A stretch of 64,000 nucleotides of DNA from Camelus dromedarius (Eukaryota), in contig NC_087436.1 in the NCBI RefSeq assembly GCF_036321535.1, forward strand, positions 40,426,001-40,490,000, read 5' to 3'. This document shows, one piece after another, positions 12,594-26,479 of the stretch (within the stretch, counting starts at the first letter, position 1; every line of letters begins with the position of its first letter). The notes under the pieces are model-generated. The model worked only from the letters and a program-made list of their open reading frames with translations, ran no database searches and was not told the DNA's origin. The translations under genes and the position numbers were made by a program.

Positions 12594-13010
12594 TGTGATT
12601 GGCCACAGAGTGCCCAATGTTTAGTCAAACATTATTCTGTGTCTGTGAGGGTGTTTTTGGATGATTTCAACATTTAAATTGATACACTGAATAAAGCAGG
12701 TTGTTCTTCATAATGTGGGTGGGCTTCATCCTAACAGTTGAAGACCTGACTAGAATAAAAGAGTGAATCTCCCCTGACAGGATGGAATTTCTTCTGCTTG
12801 ACTGCCTTCAAGCTGAGACATTGATTTTTTTTTTCCTGCCTTCAAACTCAGCTAAAACATTGGCTCTTCCTGAGTCTTGAGCCTGATGGCTTTCAGAGTG
12901 AAACTCCACCATCAGCTCTCCTGGGTCTCCAGCTTGCCAACTGCAGATCTTGAGATTTTGAGCTAATTCCTTAGACAATTTCTCTCTCTCTCTCTCTCCC
13001 CATATATATG
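12594..13010 (+). mobile_element. MLT2 (C/D-like) ERVL solo LTR
   Basis: ggccacagagtgccca..gtcaaacattattctgtgtctgtgagggtgtttttggatga..taatgtgggtgggcttcatcc..ctgggtctccagcttgccaactgcagatctt plus a (CT)n tract. Confidence 0.85.
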
Positions 13011-13479
13011 GAATTGGAGGAGAATGTGCAATGTGAGTTCAGAACCTAGTCTCATTGCTTCCCTTATACCTAAACATTCAGTCGTTGTTCAGCTAGACCC
13101 TGGAACACTACATAGGAAGCTAAGCATAACTTTATATAAAGGGCTGACTTGTGAAAAAGAAAATATTTTAGAAAATCACTATGTGGATGTATTTCAGAAT
13201 AGCAAAGAACTTTCTTTTTCTCATATTCTGGGCTTTGCATTAATTAAATGTGTCCATTGGAGGAATTAAGAATTTGATCAATAAATTCCTTAAGCATGAG
13301 CCAAAATCTTTTGGTAGAGAAGATATATAAAGGATTCAAATGACATTATTTGGTTAACTTCATTTCTGTAACAATAGCCTCAAATTAAATAATGACTTGA
13401 GATCCAATCTCTTACCCATAGACACACACACATACACACACACAAACACACATACTTTGTTCAACTCTCTCTCTCTAAA

Positions 13480-13791
13480 AGCAGCTGTTTCTCACTGGAA
13501 AATTATTGTTCTCAGTGTGGTGACTCAGGTGCAGGGTGCCTCTGTGATGTGGCTCTGTCATTCCAAGAGCCCTATTTCCCACCCATCATCCCCACCCAGA
13601 ACTGAAGGAAATAAACACATTCTCTTAAAGACTGTGCTCTTACATAGTGGATGTCACATCTGCTCACATTTCGTAGATTAAGACTCAGTCATATGACAAT
13701 GATTAATTGCAAGGGAGGTTGTAAAAGGAGTCTAGTTATAGTTTAAAAAAAGAGGATACATTTTAGGATGTAACTAGCAGCATTTGTCACA
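13480..13791 (-). mobile_element. MLT1 (K-like) LTR remnant
   Basis: tctgctcacatttc...agtcatatgac...tgcaagggaggttg...agtctag...ctagcagcatttgtcaca. Confidence 0.6.
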
Positions 13792-13899
13792 CTGTGCATG
13801 GATCATTCATTGTCTAGATGACCATAGAGATTCCCTTTTACAAATACGGGTGCCATGTTTAACCCAATGATTATGAACCCATTGGCAATATATTGGTTA

Positions 13900-14745
13900 G
13901 TGATGAGTTATAATTATAGGTTTACTATGAATAAAAATTAGCCCTATGAAATTAATCTAATTCTTTTTATAATAGAGTGTTTGTTAGGTTATAAATTTGG
14001 GAACATAATATAAACATCATATATCTATTTTTGTCAGATGTTTGGCAAAGTTCTTCAAGAGATTATTTTGTCTGGGAGGTAGAAATGTGAAGATCTCAAA
14101 TGAGTTAGATAAATTAACATCTGTTACAGCAACCACATCCAAATTGTATAAATAAACACATCAATGTTGGTATCTGCAGATGTCTCCAGGGATGTGATTC
14201 AGGGCTCAGTCTTGACCCTGTGCTCATTAAATACTTTAAAAGCCAACATATTTATTTTATCATCCTTTTCCACCAAGAAAAGCAAAAGAATATGGGTATA
14301 TAGGCAAAATGCTTAAAAGCTCTATTCAGTCTATAACTTGGTGCAAAAATAAAATAGTGGGACTGTGCATGGATGAACAGAAACTCTGGTTCTAGTTTGT
14401 TTGCACAGCAACTGCAGATAACGATCAATGAGAACCTTGGCCTAATTATGAATTTTCAGGTGGAAAAAATTCAATAAGCCATCAGTATAAAAAAGAAAAA
14501 AGAAAAGGAAATAAAATAGTTTCCTTTGAACTTGTACTCCTATCAGAGGATGTCTGGCTGACTTTATGTTCTGGGCATTGTGGGTTAAGAGAGACAGTGA
14601 CACATGTGTCCAGAATGAGGTATATATGATGATGAAGGTAGGAAAGCACATGTTATAAAGATGAATTGAATAAATAGAACTGTATTCCTTGGAAAAACAT
14701 AAGATAAAGAAATAAATATCAAAAGCTGTTCAAGTGACATCTGAC
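13900..14745 (+). mobile_element. L3 (CR1) LINE fossil: reverse transcriptase and C-terminal part
   Basis: Degenerate DNA following the CR1 motifs HGF..NKSC.TNLISF, D.VYL.F.KAF.KV and VSSGV.QGSVL.PVL (gatgtctccagggatgtgattcagggctcagtcttgaccctgtgctc), then V.FWA..KRD, VQRR and LF.LEK. Confidence 0.75.
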
Positions 14746-14959
14746 CAGGAACTAGTGTATTAATGTAATCTTAAAATAATTGTATGACAAAGAAGACTTG
14801 CTAATACAGATTGTTATCCTAATATTGTGCTTATCGCTTTTGGTGGGCTGTCACATTTGAAAGGGCAAATATAAGATACTCAGCTATCACTAGTTCCTCT
14901 CCATTCTGAAATCCCACTGGACAAATGTTGCCAGATACTACTGCTCCTTGCAGGAGCTC

Positions 14960-15265
14960 CCCAGTCCATTTTACTGTTTGGCCTGCTCCCTGTGGTTTGG
15001 CTGATTTGGTGATGGCCTGATTGGAAGGACACGGTTTAGCTTCCCATAGTCTCCCATCCTCTAGCCATCCAGATCAGCCTTGTTCACATGGTGGTGGCAA
15101 TGCCTGTTGAGGCCTGGATGACAAATGGTGTGCTGTCGGTCCTGCTGCCTTCCATGGGCCAATAGTCACAGGGTTAGCCTAGATTCAAGCAAAGCGACAT
15201 TGTAATTCACATAATAACAGGGAAGGATGGAGAACTGGTGCAGTTTTCAGAATTCATATGCAACA
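14960..15265 (-). mobile_element. MLT1 (H-like) LTR remnant
   Basis: gccttgttcacatggtggtggca..ttgaggcctgg..ccatgggccaatagtcacagggttagcctagattcaag..acagggaaggatggagaactgg. Confidence 0.55.
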
Positions 15266-16099
15266 AGAAGTATGAGAAAATTATCATGTTTAAGAGAAGC
15301 AAATATTTTGATGGTCATAAGCTTAAAACAATTATTTGGAGCTCTAACATTCAAGCTTTGGTTTTGGTTTTTCTTATTAATTAGGAAAGATGAAAATATG
15401 TAAAAGCTGTTTAATCTGTACTTTTAGCATTCCTCATGAGAAACAATTTTCAGAAACAAGTGGTTTCTAGAGACAGGAATGTTAGTAAAAAGGAAGAAAT
15501 AATTTTGAGATATGTTATAAAGGGTATAGAAAAGAGATTTTCATGGAAAAATATAAGTTCTGGTTTGTACAAAATCTATGGTATATTTAATATGGGTAAA
15601 CTTCTAAGATTTTCTTTCTCTCTCTAATTTATTTAAAATCTAATTTAAAAAAAAATCTTACACAATTACAAAGAAAATCAGTTGTACTGGCAGTAGATTA
15701 TGTGTCAAATTAGTTGCACATAAAAAGAGTTCTGTAGAAATTCAAAGGGGGATGGTTTAATTAGTCTGTCTGTGTAATCAAGAGAATTTCCTCTCAGATA
15801 AATAGCATAGCATAAGCCAAGGCTCAGAGAGTAAATGCATAGGTCATGGCCAGAGGCCACTGAGAAATCTAATTAGAGTGTGGGAAATAAAGAAAAGGAA
15901 ATGTTGGCTGAAATTTAGATTAATCAAATTTGAGAAGTTTTAAATGAAAGTTAGAATTATCAGGCTTTTAAATTACCAAAATGTGAAGCACTACCAAAAT
16001 TATTCAGGGGAATTAAATAATAAAGATATTTTAAGAACACTTTAATTTAGAAATTTTTGAAGTTAATTTGTTTAAACTAAAAACAGAAAACCAAAAAAC

Positions 16100-19000
16100 A
16101 AAAATAGTTCACCCATTTCTCATTCTCTTCCCCCAGCTTTGGCAAGAACTAATCTCATTTTTGTATATATGATTTGGGTTTGTTTGTTTTAGATTCTACA
16201 TATAGGAGAGATCATACAGTATTTGTCTTTCTCCATCTGACTTATTTCACTTAAAATAATGCCCTTGAGGTCCTTTCATGTTTTTGCTAAGGACATGATT
16301 TTATTTCTTATGGCTGAATAATATTCCATTGTGTGTATGTTTATATGTGTGTGTGTGTGTGTGTGTGTGTATATCTCACATTTTCTTTATCCATTCATCC
16401 ATTGATGGACATTTGAATTATTTTCATGTTTTGGCTCTTGTAAATAATGCTGCAGTGAACCTGGAGGTGCATGTATCTTTTCAAATTAGTGTTTTCTTTG
16501 GATAAATACCCAGAAGTGAAATTGCTGGATTATACATCAGTCCTACCTTTATATATTTGAAGGGCCTCCGTACCTTTTTCCATAATGGCTATACCTATTT
16601 ATATTCCCACTAACAGTTCTAAAGGGCTCCCTTTTCTCCACATTTTAATAGCACTTGTTATTTCTCGTCTTTTTGATAATAGCCATTCTAACCGGTGTGA
16701 GATAATATCTCATTGTTTTGTTTGCATTTCCCTGATAATTAATAATGTAGAGCATGTTTTATGTGCAAGTTGGTCATCTGTATGTCTTCTTTGGAGAATA
16801 TCTATTCAGACCTCTGCTTTTTTTAAAAAAATTGAATTGTTTGCTTTTTTGCTATTGAGATATATGAGTTTATTATATATTTAAATATTAGCCCCTTATC
16901 ATATATATAACTTGAAAATATTTTCTTCCATTCAGTAGGTTGCCTTTTCATTTTCTTGATAGTTTCCTTTGCTGCAGAGACTTTTTCATTTACTGTAGTC
17001 TAAATTGTTTATTTTTATATTTGTTTCTTTTGCTTTTGGTATCAGATTCAAAAAATCATCACCAAGACCTATGTCAAGGAGCTTACTGCTTGTGTTTTCT
17101 TATAAGGACTTTTAAAGTTTCATGTCTTATGTTCAAGTATTTAATCAATTTGGAGTTAATTTTTGCAGATGGTCTAAGAAAATGGTGTAGTTTCATTCTT
17201 TTATACGTAGTTGTCCAGTTTTCCAAATGTCATTTATTGAACATTATTTATTGATTGTCCTTTCTCCATTATATACTCTTGGCTCCTTTGTCGTAAGTTA
17301 ATGGACCATTTATGTGTGTTTATTTCTGGGCTGTCCACTCTATCCCATTGATCTATGAACCTGTTTTAATGCTAATACTATACTGTTTTAATTACTAAAG
17401 CTTTGCAATATAGTTAGAACTAAGGGACCATGATGCTTCCAGCTTTTTCATTCTTCTTAAGATTGCTTTGACTGTTCAGAATCATTTTTAGTCCCATACA
17501 AATTTTAGGAATGTTTCTTCTATTTCTGTGAAAACTGACACTGGTATTTTCATAGGGATTGAACTGAATCTGCATATTGCTTTGAGTAGCATGGACATTT
17601 TAACAGTAATAATTTTCCAGTCCATGAGGAGGGACTACCTTTCCAATTATGTGTATCTTCATCAGTTTCTTTCATCAAAGTCTTGCAGTCTTTGGGGAAC
17701 AGGTCTTTCAGCTTTGTGTTTAAATTTATTCCTAGGTATTTTATTCTTTTTGATTCAATTGTAAATGGGATTTTTTTTTTTAAATTTCTCTTTCAGGAAG
17801 CTTGTTAATAGTGTATAGAAATGCAATAGGTTTATGTTTATTGATTTTATATCATGCAACTTTACTGAATTCATTTATTAGTTGCAATATTTTTTTGGTG
17901 GAGTCTTTATGGTTTTCTATATATAGTATCACGGCATCTGGAAATAGTGATGTTTACTTATTCCTTTTCAATTTGGTTGCCTTTTTATCTCTTTTTCTTA
18001 TCCAATTGCTGTGTCTAGGACTTCCAATACTATGTTGAATGAAAATGGTGATAGTGGGCACCTTGTCTTATTCCTGATCTTAGAGGAAAAGCTTTCAGCT
18101 TTTCACAGGTAAGTATGATGTTAGCTGTGGACTTGTCATGTATGGCCCTTATCATGTTGAAGTATGTTCCTCTATACCCACTTTACTGAGAGTTTTATCA
18201 TAAATATATGTTGAATTTTGTCAGATGTTTTTTCTGCATCAATTGAATTGATCATATGATGTTTATTTCCTGTCTTCTTAATATGATTTATTACACTGAC
18301 TGATTTATGGATGATGAACCACCCTTGAATTCCTGGAATAAATCCCACTTGATCATAGTATATAATTCTTTTTATGTATTGCTGAATTCGGTTTGCTAAT
18401 ATTTTGTTGAGAATTTTTGTGTCTGTGTTCATCATGGATATTGGCCTGTAATTTTCTTTTGTGGCATTCTTGTCTGATTTTGGTATCAGGGTAATGCTGG
18501 CTGCATAAAATGTGTTTTGAAGAGTTCCCTTCTTTACTTTTTTGGGGAAGATTTTGAGAAGCATCAACATGAATTCTTTGAATATTTGATAGACTGCATC
18601 ACTGAAGCTGTCTGGTCCTGGACTTCTGTTTGTTGGAGGTTTTTGATTACTCCTTTAATCTCCTCACTAGTAACTGGTCTGTTCAAATTTTGTATTTCTT
18701 CTTAATTCAGTCTTGGTAGCTTATATGTTTCTAAAAATTTATCTATTTCTTCTAGATTGTCCAATTTGCTGGCATATCACTGTTCACAGTAGTGTTATGG
18801 TCCTTTATATTTCTGTGGTGTCAGTTGTAATATTTCTTCTTCTCTGGTTTTTTAGTTCCTCTCTGCCCTTTTCTTCTTCTCTTGCTTTTTCCCTTTGGTT
18901 TTTTTTTTTTTTTTTAATTGTTGAAGTACAGTCAGTTACAATGTGTCAATTTCTGGTGTACAGCACAATGTCCCAGTCATACATATATATACATATTCAT

Positions 19001-21658
19001 TTTCATATTCTTTTTCATTAAAGATTGTTCCAAGATGTTGAATATAGTTCCCTGTGCTATACAGAAGAAATTTTGTGTTTTGATGCCTTTCTTTAGTGGT
19101 ATGCTTATATTCCTTTCTATCTTTTGTGTTTTTACTATAAGTTTTTGCCTTGTGTTTATGATGAGACTTATATGTAACAAGTTATTACCTATAGCAGTCT
19201 ATTTTAAGTTGATAACAACTTAAGTTTAATCCCATTGTAAAGCTCACTATTATTACTCTTCCCCTAAACACTATGTTTTTGATGTTACATGTTACATCTT
19301 CTTATATTGTATACCCCTTAACTAATTATTGTAATCATAGTTATCTTTTACTACTTTTGTCTTTTAACATTTATACTAGCTTTAAAAGTGATTAATCTAC
19401 TACCTTCACTGTATATTTACATTTCCTGTGAGATTTGTTTTCTTCATGTGTGTTCTTATTACTAGTTAGCACCCTTTCTTTTCAGTTTAAAAAAGTCCCT
19501 TTAACATTTCCAGTAGAGCCAGTTTAGTGATGATGAACTGCTTTAATATTTCCTTGTCTGAAAAATTCTCTCTCTCCACTTCTGAGTGATAACTTTGCTG
19601 AGTATTCTTAGCTGAATATCTTCTTCTCTCTGCTTTGAAAATATGGTGCCACTCCCTTCTGGCCTGTGACATTTCTGCTGAAAGTCTGCTGATAGTCATA
19701 TGGGGGGCTGCTTGTGTGTAACAAGCTGTTTTTTTCTTGCTGCTTTTAATATTATCTCCTCATCTTTAACTTTTGACTTTTTATTGTAATATGTCTTGGT
19801 GTGTGTCTCTTCAGGTTCCTCGTACTTGAAACTCTCTGGGATTCCTCAATCTGGATGTCCTTCTTTTCTCAGGTTAGAAAAGTTTTCAGCCATTATTTCT
19901 TCAAATAAGATTTCTGTCCCTTTCTGTCCACTCCTTCTGGAAGTCCTATGATGCATATGTTAGTCCATTTGATGTTGTCCTATAAGTTCCTTATGCAATC
20001 TTTGCTTTTAAAATTCTTCCCCCCACCATGCTCTGATTGAGTGAGTTCCACTGCTTTGTCTTTGAGTCAACTGATCCTTTCTGTTGCTTCCTCTAGTCTG
20101 CTGATTAAAACCTTTAGTGTATTTTTCTGCTCAATTATTGTATTCTTCACCTCTGTGACTTCTGTTAGGTACTTTCTTATATTTTTCATCTCTTTGTTGA
20201 ATTTCTCACTGTGGTCATCTGTTCTTCTCCCCAATTTGGTTAAGTATCATTATGACCATTACTTTAAACTCCTTATCAGGCAAATTATTTTTCTCCATTT
20301 TATTAAGAATTTTTCTGATGTTTTATCTTGTTCTTTCACTTGAAACATAGTCCTCCGTTTCTTCATTTTGCTTAACTCTCTGTGTTGGTTTCTATCTAGT
20401 CAATAAAACAACTCTCTCTCCCAGGCTTGAAGGAGTGGCCTTGTGTGGGAGATGAACCTTGTCATTAAACTCCGCCTCAGCTCTTGACTGTCCCCCAAAC
20501 CTTTGTGCTTGTCCAAGCAGGCTATTGTATTTTTAATAGCTCCTGGAAATTGAGGATGTGCTAAGACCTGTCAGTGTCCCATACAGGAGAATCTCAGCAC
20601 CTAGATTCAGGCTGTTGGGAAACCAGACCCTCAGGCATCAGCTTTTAAAAGTATATGAATATGTACAGTACTGTAGAACTTCAAGCATAAGATCCATTGT
20701 CCATCAGAGCCACGCCATCTGGAGGTGGTCCTGGGTAGCAGTCACAGAGATCGTGATTCCAAACAAATGTATGTGCTCTTTTCTGGGTGATACTGGTGAA
20801 CTGGAGCAAGGCAGAGGGAGAGTGCCAGGATGGCATTCACAGCCTACGTTCCTTGAGAGCAGCTCCCTAGGCCACTAAATGTGTGCCAAGTCTGAAGCCT
20901 GCCCCTCAGACCAAAGCTCCAGGACAAGCAAAGAGGCCTCTTTCACAGAAAGATTGGGGACTGTGCCTCAGTCCACTGTCTGTGAAGTGTCTTGAGGGAT
21001 TAGCCTGCCAAGAATCGCCTCTACCATTGCCACAATCCAGTGCAACCAGGAATGAAAGCTTCCTCAGCCACCAGAGACATGATCAAAAGGTGTCCCTTGG
21101 GGGAAGCTGCAACAAATAGGGCATCAGATGTGTGTAAAACTCCCCTCCAGGAGACACTGGTGCTGTGGATCATTGCAGAGGATAAGCATGAAGTTAGCTC
21201 CCACTGTGTGAGGTCTCTGTGTGAGTCTGAGTTCAAGAGCCCTTTAAGAGCAGTTTCTCAGACTGTATAGTCTTGTGGGTTTCAGGATGAGAGTCTCATT
21301 GGTTTTCAAAATTAGATGTTTTGGGAGTTCATCTCTCAAGTGTATGTCTTAAAAGTTGGGGTGCTTTATATAGGCTTTGAACCCTCCACTCCTAAGAGAG
21401 AAGCTCTGGGTTCTGAGTTCCCTCTTTTTGTGGGATTGCTGTACCAGGGGTGGCATAGATTTATGGCAAGATTGTGTCTCAACCTGTCTTCTCTACTTCA
21501 GTGTGGCTTTCTTCTCGTTTGCCTAATGTACAGTTACCATTCAGCCAGACTTAGGTGTTCTTAAGAGGAAATTGATCTCTTTGTAGCTGTAGACTCACTG
21601 TATTTGTGGGAGGAAGTGAGTTCAGGATCTTCCCACATCACCATCTTGAACTGGAATC
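16100..21658 (-). mobile_element. Near full-length old L1 (5' UTR, ORF1, most of ORF2, part of 3' UTR) with an internal deletion
   Basis: RT-region peptide 18172-18570 ([54 protein letters not shown]). ORF1 C-terminus 19487-19699 (RLSAEMSQARREWHHIFK..LKQFIITKLALLEMLKGL). The 5' terminus reads gattccagttcaagatggtgatgtgggaagatcctgaactcac on the minus strand. Many stops and frameshifts. Confidence 0.93.
18899..19072 (-). mobile_element. Younger L1 3'-end fragment nested in the old L1
   Basis: Long T-tract, then ttgaagtacagtcagttacaatgtgtcaatttctggtgtacagcac...aatatagttccctgtgctatacagaagaa. Confidence 0.85.
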
Positions 21659-22729
21659 ATCTAATTTTGTCTTTAAATTAGAAGCTAATAAGACATAGAG
21701 ATCAGTAGGAAATTGTTTCCATAAATTATCGACTTTGGCATTAAATATTGGGATTACAGTTTCAGTGGTGAAATAGAGTGATTTTATTATGGAAATTTTT
21801 ATTTCACATAAAGAGAAATAATCGTAAATACCAGTAAGTACTATCATCGGTAAAGTTACTCCTGTACCTCTCAGTTGTCTGATTGGAGCATATTTGCTGA
21901 GAATGCAGCCTGAGGAGAATGGTGCAGGCGTGACCTAACTTGGGGGAGGCACTAATAGGAAGAAGCTTTTGTTCTTGCCTTCACAGATCAAAAAATAGTG
22001 TCAGTTCTTCCTCTGTGAAACCATACTGGGAAACCCATAATGAGCTCAAGCTACTTTCCCTGATAAGTCTGTTGGCTTGTTGAAGAGTTAAGTGCCTTCC
22101 TCAAGAGCTTTCTGCCAAAAGTTCATCAACAAAATGGAACACTCCCTTTTCCATAGACTGAATTTTGCCTTTATGTACATTACATATGCCTATAATTACA
22201 GATATAAACTATACCTAGTTGATATCTTTGGGATAGGAGAATATTCAGCTGTACTCTAACTTCACATCTTTGAGTTAGTTATTCTTCGACATTGCTGATA
22301 AAAATATGGCCAATGATGGTTTTCACAAAAGACACTACCTGGTAATGCTTTTTTCCCCCTAAATCCCAATGAAATTTTTTTGACCAATATAACTCACATT
22401 TCCATAAAGAGATTCAGATTCTGAATGATTGGATGGTAGTGGAGGTTTTTTAATATGATGTTCAATATATAAAGACAAATACCAAATATAATCAAAATAT
22501 TATAAAAATGTACCCCCAATAATGAGTATCCCAAGAATAGTAAAATATTTATCTATCAATCACATTTTTTCTCACATTTTTCAATGTGCCTCAGGCTATA
22601 CATAACTACGTATCAAATTGTTTTAAGGCCTCTATTCTTTCCCTTCTTTTTTATAACTAGAACAATAAAATGCTGATTTTGACAGTTCATTTAATATAAA
22701 CATTTAATATTTTATAATATTTTTTTCTA

Positions 22730-23030
22730 TAACTTCATTGAGTATTTAGGAAAATTCAGTGACTAATCCAGATGTTGTGGACACTGAGATGATGAAAGTC
22801 CCGTCTGTAAGCATCCCACAGTCCTGATTGGAAGCCGCCACCAAGGACATACTGAGAGCTACAAGAGTAGACATTAGGAGAAGTGGTACTTACTGTGTGT
22901 AGAGAAGTGAGGAGAATTGTCCCAGGAAATGTGACGCTTGAGTTGAGATTTAATGAATAAGTAATTTCTCTAGATAACAATTGAAAAATAATTCTGGATG
23001 GAGGAATATTGTATTAAATATTCCTTAAAG
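22730..23030 (-). mobile_element. L2 3' region fragment
   Basis: cattgagtattt..gatgttgtggacactgagatga..ccaggaaatgtgacgcttgagttgagatttaatgaataagta. Confidence 0.55.
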
Positions 23031-23713
23031 CAAGCTGTTTTTCTCTTGGACATAACATATGCACACTACGTACAACCATTATAGCTAGTTTTAACTAGTA
23101 TATCTAATCTGTTACCTAAAATATTTAGCCAGATCTGATATTTGGGAATTACTGAGTGGATTGGTAAGACAGTGTGTGCATGGGGAGAGGGAACACCAGG
23201 TGTACGTGAGAAGAAAAGGGAAGAGATAGATAACTATGTTCAGTTTATAGATACAAATCGGATGTAGATGTTTTCCAGAGATTTAGCCTCTCAAAATATT
23301 TTCTCTTTATATGGCCTGTAAGAGAGAGAATACAGAAACCTTCTTGTATGACCTGATGTATATTTTCTTAGTTAATACAAGTATAGATAGATTAATTAAA
23401 TGAAACTGATTGCTCAATTGCCAAATATCCCCCCATAATCGTATTTTTATTTAAGCTTTTGTTTATGCAAAATACAATAGATTTGAAAGCCTCTTAATGA
23501 ATTCCTTTTTCTTTCTGGAGGTTAGGAGAATGTACAAAACAGAGTCTTAGGGCATATGCTAAACTCTACACCTGTCCCTCTTTTAAGTTTTAAATTTAGG
23601 AATTCATGACCCACAAGCAAATGGCAGCTGTGAGAAACATCTACTGTGAGCCTAAATTTAACTGTAAACCAGCAATATAAAGTTTAGTTTTTATTTTTTT
23701 TTATAAAATTCAT

Positions 23714-24178
23714 TGTTGGGCTGCACCCCACCGGCTTACAAGGCCTATAACTCACCCAGCTTGAAGACCGAAGAAAGAGCTTGGACTCAATGATAGAGTC
23801 ATCAGTGGTTTCATGGGTAGACTTACATGTCTGAAGTAAGGTCCTGGAGCAACTCCTCACCGTGCGCTGTGGACAGCAGACATGGTGTCCGTCTTTGTTC
23901 CCCAGGAGCAGGGGGAGGTTAGCAGTTATAGAGGGAATTGACATCAGGTTGGCACATCCATTACTAGGGAAATAAGCAAAGGGACACGTCCCTTACCACC
24001 CCTTTGGTAAGCATAGAAGAGAGTTCTGATCTAAAGTTAGAACAATCACCAGCTGGGGCCCGGGGCAGCTATGTAGGAAGGTTAGTCATGTGAGTAGGTG
24101 TAGGTGAAGCAGGCACTGGTGGAGCAGGGGATGTACAGAGAGCAAGAGGACAGCCATCTTGAGTGGCCTGATCATACA
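23714..24178 (-). mobile_element. Solo ERV LTR, 465 bp
   Basis: Sharp GC-richer block with TG...CA termini, flanked by ttcat / tacat (5-bp TSD, one mismatch). On the minus strand: tgtatgatcaggccactcaagatggctg, TATA-like ctataac, end cagcccaaca. Subfamily not assigned. Confidence 0.8.
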
Positions 24179-26479
24179 TACATTAAAAAAAATGCTTTGT
24201 GTTATTAAATTAAAACATGGATTGTATTACTTGATTTGTGTACATGATTTAACAAATACATCTTACTGCATGGTTTCTGATGAAAAGATTTATTTGGTCA
24301 ATTGTTCTATATTGCTGTCAGATTTTAGAAAGCACACATGTTTAATTGTTGGCTTTTTCTACATTAAAATAGATTCATTTCTCTAAATAAGAGTATTAAA
24401 CTGCTACAAATACAATACAGAGTATCCCCAACTTTCTGACATGTTGCTAAAAAATAAAGCACAAATAGCCACCACAGTATTTATTATTTTATAAAACTTA
24501 TCAAAATCTCCCCTATCTCCTTTATTAAGTATATTAATAATAGATGAAAATCATGGTGTTTACTTCATGATTAAGATAAATTGAAACCAACCCAAAAAAC
24601 TCCCTAGTGAATTTTTAATTTATAGAAAAATCTTTTTTGTGAAATTTTATTATTCCCAATCTAACAACTAATTTAAATCCCTTACTTTGCAAAATTGCAC
24701 TGATAATTATACAGGCCTAAACTATCTGCTGTAATACATATCAAAGTGATAGGTACAGCCAAACTGTGTCATATAAATGAAATGCATTCTGCATAGCATT
24801 ACACTGCTAATAACATTCCTCTTTATTTTTAGTGGCGCTCTTAAAACGAAAATGTTTTGTGATTATATCCTAATGTTTTTCTACCTTGATATTTTCATCT
24901 TATTAAGGCATGTCTAAAAATGACAGGGGAGTCATTGCAAATCTCATTAGTTTTTATACCACTAAAATCAATTTCATAGGAGACCTCTTGTGTTTTAAGA
25001 TACATCCTTAATTTTATTTCCTTAGCTGATTTTAAATAAAATCACCCATTTGGGGGAATAAATGTTTGCAGTTTGAGTCTAGCGTCTCTTTACCTTTTGG
25101 TGTATTTCATACTCTGTAGTGATTAGAATGGGATGCAGGTCATGTGAAATATTTTAGAAGATTAATTATAATAGTTAATGAAAAACTTTTACTTCAATAC
25201 TGGGACAATGTAGTGAGGTGGTGTAGCTGCCTGAATTTTGAGATTTGTTTTCATTGGTGAATTATTCAGTGCCTGATGCATGCAGGGAACTGTTGCTTGA
25301 ATCTAGTGGAAAAAAAATTAGTCATATTAATCAATGGTTAATTGCATTTATGTGATCACAGATATAGAGAGGCGAACCACATTTTGCAAGATGTAGCTCT
25401 CATAAAGTTTTGAAAAACATCTGTGAGTCATCTGTTGTGGACCAGGCAATATAAAAGCAGTGGGGAGTCTTACAAAGATGAAGTGTTCAGTTTCCTTACT
25501 TTCAAGAACTCACTAAATTACTGAATCTTGATGATTTTTTCCCATGGGCATTCTTCTATACAGATTCTCTCTCTATATGGCAACAATTAATTCTCATGGG
25601 GGAAAAAGACAGCATTATCATACAAGCCAACTTTGTGTAGCACAAATCTCTGCTTGTTGTTTTGACCTACTCACCCTTATTTTGTTAACAGAGGTTGTGT
25701 TTAGTGTTCACCTAGCAAAGAATGAAAACAATAAAATTAATAATCAAGGAAGATATATAGGAATTCCCACAGCATAAGAGCTCAGTAGTTCATCTGGTTG
25801 GATATATTTCTTCTGAGTATTTATTTCCCAAAATAACTAAGACCAGATATTTCAGAGAAAAGCCCAGCACTGACAGAGCATAACCTAATTTGCTACAGGG
25901 AAAATCTCTTCTTTATTCCACTATAAAGAAGAATGATGCACTCAAAGTCATGGTAAAAATTATTGTTCTATCTGCATAATGAATAAAAATACTTTTGAAT
26001 TTAAAATATATATTCCTTTCAATCAAATCTTGAAGAATAAATTATGGACTTTTAATCACTTTTTATCATTACACATGTGAATATACCTGATAGAATTTAA
26101 AAGTTTGGGAATGGGGAATTATAAAGCAGCAGACGTATATATTTTTATTAAAGTAAAACAGCCTTTGATCATCTGCTGTATGACTTAGGTGCATGAAAGA
26201 ACTACTCTGAACATTATTTTGTTCCTTTGTAAGTTACTTATGCATGCTGACTTTTTTCTTAGCTAAAGTAGGGAGAGGCACTTTCAAACTACAGAGTAAC
26301 ATCTAGATATGATTACTGTACTATGTAAAATAGAATAACAATCTCTAATCCTCCACAATAAATTAATAATGTCTGTTAGTTTTTACTAACAGAAATTGGA
26401 TCCTGAAAAAAAAACTTTTAAATTTTAATATGCTTTTGGGTAATGGAACTGGAATTAGTTTTCCAAAAGCAACGGAAAT

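Noticed and set aside
18172..18570. Possible active reverse transcriptase
   Set aside because: It is a short open stretch in a heavily frameshifted L1. No intact ORF2 exists anywhere in the window.
16040..21683. ctttaatttagaa / ctttaaattagaa as the TSD of the long L1
   Set aside because: The repeat is AT-rich and not flush with either element end, and the L1 3' terminus seems to be missing.
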